Shown one piece after another: positions 54,776-64,000 of a stretch of DNA of 64,000 nt (within the stretch, counting starts at the first letter, position 1; each line of letters starts with the position of its first letter). The position numbers and the translations under genes are program-made. Below the pieces are notes generated by a model. The model had not been told where the DNA came from and did not search any database. It saw nothing but the letters and a program-made list of their open reading frames with translations. Where the stretch lies: contig OZ244872.1 in NCBI GenBank assembly GCA_965221215.1, positions 3,288,862 to 3,352,861 on the forward strand. The letters are read 5' to 3'. This DNA is from Candidatus Aldehydirespirator sp. (lineage in GTDB: Bacteria > Actinomycetota > Acidimicrobiia > Acidimicrobiales > Aldehydirespiratoraceae).

Positions 54776-54997
54776 CTAGCGGCGGTGCTTGCCGGTCAAG
54801 ACCAGGGCGGCCAAGCCGACCAGCACCACCAGGATGGCCAGCAGGGTGACCAGCCAGGCGAAGATGGTCACCACCCACTTCACCACGGTGACCGCCCCCA
54901 CTACGGCCAGCGCCCCCACAATCATCTGGGCCGGCCAGGGCATGCCGCCCAGCCTCTCCACCGCGCCGCCCGACTCTCTCTCCATGGGTGCTGTCAC
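54776..54997 (-). CDS. possible small membrane protein (73 aa)
   Basis: Two hydrophobic helices (MIVGALAVVGAVTVV, IFAWLVTLLAILVVLVGLAALVL). No family recognised. Confidence 0.4.
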   Translation of the reverse strand: MTAPMERESGGAVERLGGMPWPAQMIVGALAVVGAVTVVKWVVTIFAWLVTLLAILVVLVGLAALVLTGKHRR

Positions 54998-55072
54998 GGG
55001 CCGATCCTAACTCCGGTCCCGTTACCATGACCCGGCCCTTGTCGCCGGATCAGCGATACAGCGAGGAACGCT

Positions 55073-55354
55073 ATGGCCGTCACCGTCAGAGTGCCCACCA
55101 CCCTGAGAGCCCTCACCGCCGGCGCGTCGGAGGTGGCGGTCGACGGCGCCACCCTCGCCGAGGTGCTCGACTCGCTGGAGTCGACGCATCCGGGCTTCCG
55201 CGACCGGATCCTCGACGAGTCGGGCGAGCTTCGGCGTTTCGTCAACGTGTTCGTCAGCGATGACGACGTCCGCTTCCTCGACGGGCTCGGCACCCTGGTC
55301 GACGACGGCGCCACCGTGAGCATCGTGCCCGCGGTCGCCGGCGGTCGCGGCTGA
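55073..55354 (+). CDS. MoaD/ThiS/CysO-family sulfur-carrier protein
   Basis: 93 aa. MAVTVRVPTTLRALT...FVNVFV...VSIVPAVAGGRG has the beta-grasp carrier pattern, with the GG followed by 2 extra residues. Confidence 0.75.
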   Translation: MAVTVRVPTTLRALTAGASEVAVDGATLAEVLDSLESTHPGFRDRILDESGELRRFVNVFVSDDDVRFLDGLGTLVDDGATVSIVPAVAGGRG

Positions 55355-55440
55355 ATCACTGCGGGCTGCGCAGCGAGCCTGCGCGGCGGGCCATATTCGC
55401 CGGTTGGGCGGGTTGTCATCGCGGACCGGCTCCGGTTGAC

Positions 55441-55467
55441 TTGGCACTCGTGGCACGAGAGTGCCAA
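55441..55467 (+). promoter_or_regulatory. CIRCE operator (HrcA binding site) upstream of groEL
   Basis: TTGGCACTC-N9-GAGTGCCAA versus consensus TTAGCACTC-N9-GAGTGCTAA. It lies 54 nt before the groEL ATG. Confidence 0.9.
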
Positions 55468-55487
55468 CCCAGGCAATCAAGACATAG

Positions 55488-57143
<1,656 letters not shown>

Positions 57144-57161
57144 TTCCAGTCCCCCCAAAGA

Positions 57162-57198
57162 CAACAGCCCGGCCCGCCCCCTCGGCGCCGGGCTGTTG
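57162..57198 (+). terminator. GC-rich hairpin after groEL (12-bp stem, no U-tract)
   Basis: CAACAGCCCGGC-13 nt-GCCGGGCTGTTG, starting 19 nt after the stop codon. Confidence 0.6.
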
Positions 57199-57220
57199 CG
57201 CGCCCGGCTAGCTTGCAGGC

Positions 57221-57718
57221 ATGGCTGAGCTGCATCCGTTGTGCGGGCCGCTCGCGCCCCTGCTCGGGACGTGGCGGGGCACGGGTAGGGGCAGTTACCC
57301 GACCATCGACGACTTCGACTACACCGAGGAGCTGGTCTTCGGCCATGTGGGCAAGCCGTTCCTGTCCATGGTCCAGCGCAGCCGCGACCTCTTGACGGGC
57401 GAGCCGCTGCACGGCGAGGCCGGGTTCCTGCGGGCTCTGCCCGACGGCGCCGTCGAGCTCACGGTGGCGCAGCCGTCAGGAGTCGTCGAAGTCGACTCGG
57501 GCTCTGTGACCGGGACCTCCGACGGCCTAGTCGTCGAACTGGAGTCCGCCGAGGTCGGCCTCACGTCCACGGCCAAGTCGGTGACCGCCGTGCGGCGGCG
57601 GCTGGAGGTAGTCGGCTCGACCCTGACCTCGGAGCTGTGGATGGCCGCGGTGGGTGAGACCGACCTGATCCACCACGTGCGGGCAGAACTACGGCAGTGG
57701 GACCGGACCAGTGGTTGA
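57221..57718 (+). CDS. nitrobindin/THAP4-like heme-binding beta-barrel protein (DUF1794)
   Basis: LAPLLGTWRGTGRGSYPTIDDFDYTEELVFGHVGKPFL is the characteristic N-terminal motif. Confidence 0.8.
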   Translation: MAELHPLCGPLAPLLGTWRGTGRGSYPTIDDFDYTEELVFGHVGKPFLSMVQRSRDLLTGEPLHGEAGFLRALPDGAVELTVAQPSGVVEVDSGSVTGTSDGLVVELESAEVGLTSTAKSVTAVRRRLEVVGSTLTSELWMAAVGETDLIHHVRAELRQWDRTSG

Positions 57719-57998
57719 GGTGCCCACGACCGATGGATGACCAGATCGAGCACGCTGTAGCCATCGGCCGGGAGAACCAGAACCTCATCTCGTCAGGCAA
57801 AGCGTGACCATCAGCCTTGATTGCGTGTCAGCCCTCAACATGGTCGAGTCGCCCGTCTCCTATGGGTGCGGTTTCTCGCGAACTCTAGTCACAGACCATC
57901 CTGAGGGTTCTCTGGCAGATTCCGTTGCTGTACTTCGTGGACCACTGCCTACTGCCGCCCTTCGACCCGGTTGCGCCTGGGTACCGTAGCCTCTAGCC

Positions 57999-58796
57999 AT
58001 GGCCACCAAGTCGAGGAGCCAGCAACGGCTGGTGCGGCCCTGGACGGGCGACGAGGCCGCGGACAACCGCAGGGCCGACCGGCTCGCCTCCGAGGAGCCT
58101 ATGGCCATCGAACTGGACGACGTGCGGGTGGCCACCACCATGCGCACCCCGGGCAACGATTTCGAGCTTGCCGTGGGCTTCTGCTTTGCCGAAGGGCTGC
58201 TCGACGGCCACGGGGTGACCCAGGTCAAGTACTGCGCCAAGGGCTCGGCCGCGGCCACTGACTTCAACGTGGTGTCGGTCTCCACCGGGGGCAAGGCCCC
58301 GCTGCCCCGGCCCCGGCTAACCACCACCACCTCGTCTTGCGGCTTCTGCGGCACGAGCGAGATCGACGAGCTCGTCTCCAAGCTTGATGCAGTGACCGGC
58401 GAGCCGATGCGGTGGGAGGCGCTGGCTTCCGCTCCCGACCAGTTGCGACCCGGACAGGAGTTGTTCGATGCCACTGGCGCGGTTCATGCGGCCGGCGTGG
58501 TGGCTGCCAATGGTTCGGTCTCGCTGGTCCGCGAGGACGTGGGCCGCCACAACGCGGTCGACAAGCTCATCGGCCGGCTGTTCCTCGACGGTCGCCTGCC
58601 TGCCACCGGGCAGGGACTGGTGGTCAGCGGCCGGGCCAGCTTCGAGCTTGTCCACAAAGCTTGGGCCGGAGGGTTTCGGGCTCTGGTGGCCGTGAGCGCC
58701 CCCACCGCGCTGGCCGCGGCCACCGCAGAGGCCGCCGGGATGCAGCTGGCTGGCTTCGCCCGCAACGGCGCCATGACCGTCTACGTTGGCACCTGA
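57999..58796 (+). CDS. fdhD: formate dehydrogenase accessory sulfurtransferase FdhD
   Basis: Motifs TMRTPGNDFELAVGFCFAEGLL, SSCGFCG and GAVHAAG. Confidence 0.9.
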   Translation: MATKSRSQQRLVRPWTGDEAADNRRADRLASEEPMAIELDDVRVATTMRTPGNDFELAVGFCFAEGLLDGHGVTQVKYCAKGSAAATDFNVVSVSTGGKAPLPRPRLTTTTSSCGFCGTSEIDELVSKLDAVTGEPMRWEALASAPDQLRPGQELFDATGAVHAAGVVAANGSVSLVREDVGRHNAVDKLIGRLFLDGRLPATGQGLVVSGRASFELVHKAWAGGFRALVAVSAPTALAAATAEAAGMQLAGFARNGAMTVYVGT

Positions 58797-58823
58797 TCCC
58801 GAGTCTGACCCGAGAGGAGGATC

Positions 58824-59639
58824 GTGACCGACCAACCCGACCAACATCCAAGTCCGCAGGCTCTGGTTCTTGACGCGTTTCGGATTGCGGCAAGACAGGG
58901 CAGACCCGAGTGGCATCGCATGGCAGGAGCTGTTCTGAAGAACCGTCTCTTGGATCTCACCGAGCGGTCGTTCGATGAGGCCGCCTATGGCGCAGATCGG
59001 TTCGTCGACCTCGTCGAACAGCTTGACGATCTGCTTACTGTGGACCACTCGGCCAAGCCCTTTGTTATAGAGTTGCAGGAGCCGTACCGCTCTGAGATCG
59101 AGCAGTCGGATGCCGTTAGCGCCTCGTCGAGTGGGAAGACGATCCGGTCGGATCTCTGGCACGCGGTCGTCGATTACAGCCATGACCAGAGATGGGTTCT
59201 GGATCGGGTAACCGGCAAGGCGATCCGTGTGCGAGAAGGGGACGACTCGGGCGGCGGAGTTGATCTTCCCACCTTGGACCGGGCGACCCTGCAGACTTGG
59301 CGAATCGATTTCATCGAAGAATGTTCGGCTACGGTGAGTGACGCAGAGGCGCTTCAACTCAAGGCCTGGGTCGGCGAGGGCCTCGGGACTGCGGCTCTGC
59401 CGAAGAGGCTCCGTGGTCCCTGGACTATTCGGATGCGCGACCGGGTCCATGAGAGGTTGCTCGAGTTCTTCCATTCTCAGGAGCTAGATCCGCCCAAGGA
59501 CTTGCTTGTCCTGCCACGACAGCGCAAGCCTGCCAATGAGCTTCGGTCCTTCATAGTGCGATGCATATCGCTGATGAACGACCGCGAGTTGAAGGAACTC
59601 CAAATTCCGGCGGAAGTTGCCATGCGGGCGCATGGATGA
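58824..59639 (+). CDS. hypothetical protein, possible N-terminal OST-HTH/LOTUS-like domain
   Basis: 271 aa. GAGGAGGA RBS before the GTG. Lower-GC codon usage. W..MAGAVLKNRLLDL...FDEAAYGADRFVDLVEQLDDLLTV resembles the OST-HTH pattern (weak, by eye). Confidence 0.6.
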   Translation: MTDQPDQHPSPQALVLDAFRIAARQGRPEWHRMAGAVLKNRLLDLTERSFDEAAYGADRFVDLVEQLDDLLTVDHSAKPFVIELQEPYRSEIEQSDAVSASSSGKTIRSDLWHAVVDYSHDQRWVLDRVTGKAIRVREGDDSGGGVDLPTLDRATLQTWRIDFIEECSATVSDAEALQLKAWVGEGLGTAALPKRLRGPWTIRMRDRVHERLLEFFHSQELDPPKDLLVLPRQRKPANELRSFIVRCISLMNDRELKELQIPAEVAMRAHG

Positions 59640-60436
59640 CGATGGCTCCGGCGGGCGTGTGGCACATCCAAGTACCTGGGTTCCACCCAGTCATTGATGT
59701 CCAAGCTGTAGCAGACTCGCGCGGCTGGGAACTGGCAAGCATCAGGTGTGTTCGTCTCGTGTCCGGCCGCGGCCGGGTCCTTCACGTCGTGCCGCGCGCG
59801 GATGCCGTTCGCCTGTACGAGGAGATGCACCGCCGTCCCGTGGCGGTGGTGTACGAAGGCAAGCCGAGAGTCAGACTTGACCCCGGCAAGAACCTTCGCG
59901 ACGACCGTACCGTGTCGCTCTATCGGTATTGCCGCTACAAGTCCTTCGTAACGAGCCTACGGTCGAACGCGGCTGCTCTCTGGGGCACAGCCTTCGAAGA
60001 CTGGTTGGCACAGATCGACTGTGATGGACCGAACGATCCGCGGATTCTTCCCTTTCACATTTTCACAACGAAGGGCCCCTTCGAGCTAGACGAGACGGCT
60101 GAGCGAAAGCGGTTCCGGCAAGAACACCACAACAAGTCGGCGCTCGTGGACGACCGCAAGCGCCGTTGGGTGTTGGCGTCGCCGGGAGCACGGCATGGGA
60201 GAGAGCCGCAGACCGTCCGCGACTTGCAGTTGCACGACGGCTTTCACTGGGACGTGACGGTCCCACGCGCTTCTGTCGTGGCATCGTCACACACAATGTG
60301 GAGGGTTGGATCTGGCGGATACCTCAACATCTATCCGGACGGCCATGTTCGTCGCGGCAAGCAGTGCAAGCAAACTTGGAGCAAGAGCCAGAGCGAGCAA
60401 GCCGACGCGAATGATCGCAACAGGAGCTGGCCGTGA
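59636..60436 (+). CDS. hypothetical protein (266 aa), translationally coupled to the previous gene
   Basis: ATG 59636 overlaps the upstream stop (ATGA). Lower-GC codon usage. No family recognised. The track ORF start at 59561 is over-extended. Confidence 0.6.
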   Translation: MTMAPAGVWHIQVPGFHPVIDVQAVADSRGWELASIRCVRLVSGRGRVLHVVPRADAVRLYEEMHRRPVAVVYEGKPRVRLDPGKNLRDDRTVSLYRYCRYKSFVTSLRSNAAALWGTAFEDWLAQIDCDGPNDPRILPFHIFTTKGPFELDETAERKRFRQEHHNKSALVDDRKRRWVLASPGARHGREPQTVRDLQLHDGFHWDVTVPRASVVASSHTMWRVGSGGYLNIYPDGHVRRGKQCKQTWSKSQSEQADANDRNRSWP

Positions 60437-60790
60437 ACGCGAATACCCGGCAACAAGGCCGGGAATTCACTGAAATCTATGCGAGGTCTCGGCCATCGAG
60501 AGCGGGTCTCGGTGGTCAGCCGGTTGCGAAATAAGAAGACTAACTAGTCTCGCCTCGCTGATACTGGGCAACCGCTGAGCCCCACCTCCACTCTCACATG
60601 ACTGGCACTCGATGCGGTGCTACCCCAACGAATGCCCTCCTCGTCCTTGAAGGCCTCGGATCGTTCTTGAATGTAGCAGAAGATTGTACGAGCGCGTCGA
60701 ATCGGCAGAATCCGGCACCTGTGGCGTCCATGTGTCGCTCAACTCCGTCACCCAGCCTGCTAGGGGGCTGCGCCGGCTCCATAGACTGCG

Positions 60791-61471
60791 GTGATGCTGG
60801 AATCGGTCGGCGTGGGCCAGGGGCTGGTCGTGGTGCACCTCTTCTGCGCCCGCACGCCCGACACCGGCGACGCCGCCGTGCTCGCTGCGGTCGATGCCGC
60901 CGTCGAGGCGGGGGCGCAAGTGGTGACGGTGGCGGTGCTCGGCCACAAGGCGCAGCTTTGCTTCATGGGCCTGCACGCCGACGCCTGGGCGCTGCGCGAC
61001 CTGCAGACCGCCTTAGTGCGGGCTGGGCTGGAGATCGCCGACAGCTACGTGTCGATCACCGAGCTGTCCGAGTACGCCCTGGGCCTGCCGGCCGAGATGG
61101 CCGACATGCGCCTGAACCCCAAGCTGCCCCCGCCGGACAAGCCGGCCTGGTGCTTCTACCCCATGACCAAGCGGCGCAACCTGGGCCAGAACTGGTATGA
61201 GCTCGGATTCGACGAGCGCAAGGAGCTGATGTACGAGCACGGCGCGTCGGGACGCAAGTTCGCGGGGCGCATCGTGCAGCTGGTGACCGCATCCACCGGG
61301 CTCGACGACTGGGAGTGGGGCGTCACCCTGTTCGGCACCGACATCGCCGCCCTCAAGGAGACGGTCTACACCATGCGCTACGACCGGGCCTCGGCCGCCT
61401 ACGCAGAGTTCGGCCCCTTCGTGACCGGCCTGGTAGGACCGGCCGACGAGATCCTCGCACGAACCCGCTGA
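60791..61471 (+). CDS. hemQ: coproheme decarboxylase / chlorite-dismutase-family protein (HemQ/ChdC)
   Basis: Motifs WCFYPMTKRR, NWYELGFDERKELMYEHG and LDDWEWGVTLF. Confidence 0.85.
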   Translation: MMLESVGVGQGLVVVHLFCARTPDTGDAAVLAAVDAAVEAGAQVVTVAVLGHKAQLCFMGLHADAWALRDLQTALVRAGLEIADSYVSITELSEYALGLPAEMADMRLNPKLPPPDKPAWCFYPMTKRRNLGQNWYELGFDERKELMYEHGASGRKFAGRIVQLVTASTGLDDWEWGVTLFGTDIAALKETVYTMRYDRASAAYAEFGPFVTGLVGPADEILARTR

Positions 61472-61514
61472 CCACACCGATCCGGTCCGAGGAACTAGCC
61501 GGGGTTAGGGTGCC

Positions 61515-62267
61515 GTGATGGCCGAGGATGCCGGGGGCTCGGGGGCGACTGCCGATGATGCTGATTCAGCGCGGCACCCGGCGGGCGAGGCCGACATTCT
61601 CCGCTGGGCCGAGACCCTGGCCGGGATAGCCCAGACTGGTCTGGGCTTCACCGAGAGCCGCTATGAGCAGGAGCGCTTCGAGGAAGTGCTGGCAGTGGCC
61701 GCCGACATCCGGGCTCGCAGCCCGGCGGGGATCGACGCCGGGCGCCAAGTGGAGCAATGGCTCGACGGGGTCGGGGAGGGCATCGCCGGCTACGTCACCC
61801 CCAAGGTCACCGTGGGTGCCATCGTCGGCGACGACGAGGGCCGCATGCTGCTGGTGCAGCGAGCCGACTCCGGTTGGTGGCTGTACCCCACCGGATGGTC
61901 CGACGTGGGCTACTCGCCCTCCGAGGTAGCGGTCAAGGAGGTCCGAGAGGAGACCGGGATCGACTGCGAGGTGCTGCGGCCCATCGCCATCCTCGACGGG
62001 TTGCGCCTCGGCTTCCACCGGGTGCCGCTGGTGTCGATCGTGTTCCATTGCCGCAGCCTCGGCGGGGAGCTGGCAGCCCACCCGCTCGAATGCTCCGATG
62101 TGGGCTTCTTCGCCGAGGGCGAACTGCCCGAGCGCACCGCCCGTCCCGATCTGTGGGCCCCGCACGCCTTCAGCGCCATCCGGGGCGAGCCGGTGGAAGT
62201 GCTCTTCGACCACCCCCGCAACCCACCCTGGCGAGGCCAGCCGGAGGGCCCGAGGGCAGGGGGGTGA
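61515..62267 (+). CDS. NUDIX hydrolase with N-terminal Nudix_N_2-like domain
   Basis: Nudix box GWSDVGYSPSEVAVKEVREETGI. N-terminal ILRWAETLAGIAQTGLGFTESRYEQERF. Confidence 0.85.
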   Translation: MMAEDAGGSGATADDADSARHPAGEADILRWAETLAGIAQTGLGFTESRYEQERFEEVLAVAADIRARSPAGIDAGRQVEQWLDGVGEGIAGYVTPKVTVGAIVGDDEGRMLLVQRADSGWWLYPTGWSDVGYSPSEVAVKEVREETGIDCEVLRPIAILDGLRLGFHRVPLVSIVFHCRSLGGELAAHPLECSDVGFFAEGELPERTARPDLWAPHAFSAIRGEPVEVLFDHPRNPPWRGQPEGPRAGG

Positions 62268-62358
62268 TTCCCCGGCTGAGCCGATAGCCTCGCTCGGGAG
62301 CGGGCCAGGCGACGCGTTTACGCGGCGTTCGCCGCGTCGTACCGATTGGAGCCCGCAA

Positions 62359-63219
62359 ATGATTTCAAGGAAGCTCTCGTTGATTCTGGCCGCAGTGCTT
62401 GTGGTGTGCTTGAGCGCTCCGTGGTCCATCGCCGGCGCGGACGACGGCGCTTCGCCGATCACTCTCGGCGACATCGACGCCGATCCCGTCACCCCCAACA
62501 ACGAGATCTCGTTCTTCTGGGAGGCGAGCACCACCGACGGCGCCGAGCTGCGGCCGACATTCGTGATTCAAGAAGGCACCGACGCGCCGAAGCTGGCTCA
62601 GATCGCGTCGTACAGCTCCGAAGACCACAACCCGATGCCGATGATCGAGCACGGCGAGTACTACGCATGGAACATGGTTGTTGGGATGACTCCCTGCCGG
62701 GAGCATCGGCTCTGGATCGCCCATCTGCCCAAGGACTTGATGGACGACGTGATGTCGAACTTCACGCAGTCGCTGTGGGATCAGATGACCGTGCGTTCGG
62801 TGCCGCTGCGGTTCTGGACCCGCTCGGCCGATGGCTCGGGCTGTGACCTCAACCCGAGCCGCAAGACTGCGTCCGCGCAGGTCGACAACTTGGTTTGGGA
62901 GGGCAAGCCCAAGAAGCGAATCGCCATGATCGAGTGGCAGAACCCTGGTGGCGTTGAGCCGGTCGTGATGGTCAAGCGGCTGGGCCCCGACGAGGGTGCT
63001 GAGCAGCTGGCTTCGCTGCGCAGAGCAGCGAACCCGCTGGCGCCGGGGGCCACCTCAGCCACGATCAAGGGATTGGAGCCCTGCACGCAGTACCGGGTAC
63101 GGGTCTACGAGCGGCATCCCAACTTCGGTTCGGACGCTGATCCCTTGCGAGTCTTCCGCGGCAACCAGGATCGCAAGACCAACTCGGTTACGATCCGCAC
63201 TTCCGGCTGCAACCAGTAG
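62359..63219 (+). CDS. secreted hypothetical protein with a C-terminal fibronectin-III-like domain
   Basis: Signal peptide MISRKLSLILAAVLVVCLSAPWSIAGA. FN3-like ATIKGLEPCTQYRVRVY. Lower-GC codon usage. Confidence 0.65.
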   Translation: MISRKLSLILAAVLVVCLSAPWSIAGADDGASPITLGDIDADPVTPNNEISFFWEASTTDGAELRPTFVIQEGTDAPKLAQIASYSSEDHNPMPMIEHGEYYAWNMVVGMTPCREHRLWIAHLPKDLMDDVMSNFTQSLWDQMTVRSVPLRFWTRSADGSGCDLNPSRKTASAQVDNLVWEGKPKKRIAMIEWQNPGGVEPVVMVKRLGPDEGAEQLASLRRAANPLAPGATSATIKGLEPCTQYRVRVYERHPNFGSDADPLRVFRGNQDRKTNSVTIRTSGCNQ

Positions 63220-63239
63220 CGCTGGGCAGCGGTCGGCTT

Positions 63240-64000
63240 TTAGCTGCCGTCGCGCAGGAACTTCTCTACTTCGGCGACCAGCCGGTCGGGGTCGTCGCTG
63301 AGAGGTGTGTCGTTGTTGTCGGCGTGGCGGTCGCGGTTGTCCCAGGCCGTCTCTAGGCGGGCCACGTACTCGGCGGTCTCCTCGTCCTCGGCCACGATCT
63401 TGGTGATCTCCTGCTCGTAGGTCTGCGCCCGCTGCTCAAGGTCGAGGGTGGGCACCGGCGCCCCCATCAGGGCGCACACCCGGTTGACCAGCGCCAGCGC
63501 AGCCTTGGGCGACGGCGCGGCCGGCATGTACGACGGCACTGCCGACCAGAACGAAGCGGTGCTGTAGCCCGCATCTCGGCAGGCCGACGACAGCACGCCG
63601 ACGATACCGGTGGGCCCCTCATAGGTGGACGGCGTGAGGTCCAGCTCGGCTCGCAACTCCTCGTCGTCGGTGGCGCCGTACACCTCCACGTCGCGGCTGT
63701 GGGGCACCTCGGCGAGCAGCGCGCCCAGGGTGACCACCCGCTCCACACCGAGCAGCCCGGCCACCGAGATCAGCTGGTGGGTGAAGGTCCGCCACCGCAG
63801 CTGGGGCTCGGTGCCGATCAGCACCACCGCGTCGGCGCCGCCGTTGTCGAGGCGGGCCACCCGCACCTCGTTGGCGGGCCAGTCGATGCGCCGGGCCTTG
63901 CTGTCGTCGAGGTGCACCAGCGGTCGGACCGCGGTGAAGTCGAAGAACGGCTCGGGGTCGATCTCCGCCACCGGCACGCATCCCCAGCGACCGGCCAGAT
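63240..64000 (-). CDS. PAC2 (proteasome assembly chaperone 2) family protein, N-terminus beyond the window end
   Basis: IDPEPFFDFTAVRPLV...VVLIGTEPQLRWRTF is PAC2-like. The reading frame stays open upstream of the track start 63977 to nt 64000. Confidence 0.75.
   Translation of the reverse strand, partial: LAGRWGCVPVAEIDPEPFFDFTAVRPLVHLDDSKARRIDWPANEVRVARLDNGGADAVVLIGTEPQLRWRTFTHQLISVAGLLGVERVVTLGALLAEVPHSRDVEVYGATDDEELRAELDLTPSTYEGPTGIVGVLSSACRDAGYSTASFWSAVPSYMPAAPSPKAALALVNRVCALMGAPVPTLDLEQRAQTYEQEITKIVAEDEETAEYVARLETAWDNRDRHADNNDTPLSDDPDRLVAEVEKFLRDGS

Noticed and set aside
57719-57998. Moco riboswitch upstream of fdhD
   Set aside because: I could not identify the conserved Moco-motif elements from memory, so it is kept only as a low-interest unexplained spacer.
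60594-61200. ORFs 60594-60782 (-) and 60598-61200 (+) in the gap before hemQ
   Set aside because: They have no RBS, and their translations are low-complexity or Arg-rich. The plus ORF runs out of frame across hemQ.

Overview
High-GC (about 70% by eye, not computed) actinobacterial chromosomal segment, densely coding on both strands. The backbone order parallels the Mycobacterium tuberculosis Rv3660c-Rv3596c region: ssd/tadA/tadB/tadC/flp/tadE pilus genes, topA, holB, tmk, tilS-hpt, panC-coaX-lysS, clpC. Most of the window is therefore core genome. It also holds the 7-gene Mrp antiporter, nhaA, hpnCDE squalene genes, groEL with a CIRCE operator, fdhD, hemQ and two tRNA-Thr. I saw no rRNA, CRISPR array, transposase or integrase. 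Unusual parts: (1) At the left edge there is a lower-GC minus-strand operon: radical-SAM enzyme, then a 137-aa protein, then a large NACHT/STAND NTPase that runs off the window. The NTPase is absent from the ORF track because it has no stop inside the window. This is my best candidate for an undescribed defence or signalling system. (2) A second, non-canonical 10-gene Tad-like operon lies at 40.8-49.6 kb on the minus strand. It encodes a lipoprotein, a Pro/Thr/Cys-repeat surface protein, a CpaB-like protein, an N-terminally extended ATPase, two platform proteins, a small pilin-like protein and three TadE-like proteins. None of the pilin-like proteins has the G/xxxxE[YF] prepilin site. Its promoter region shares an AT-rich box with the canonical Tad locus. 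(3) A roughly 1.8-kb low-GC cassette of two translationally coupled unknown genes sits between fdhD and hemQ. (4) A mazEF-type toxin-antitoxin pair is inserted between tilS and hpt. (5) A family of about 60-100 bp intergenic repeats and several short tandem duplications occur exactly at gene junctions. All functional calls rest on motifs read from the translations; no database search was possible.
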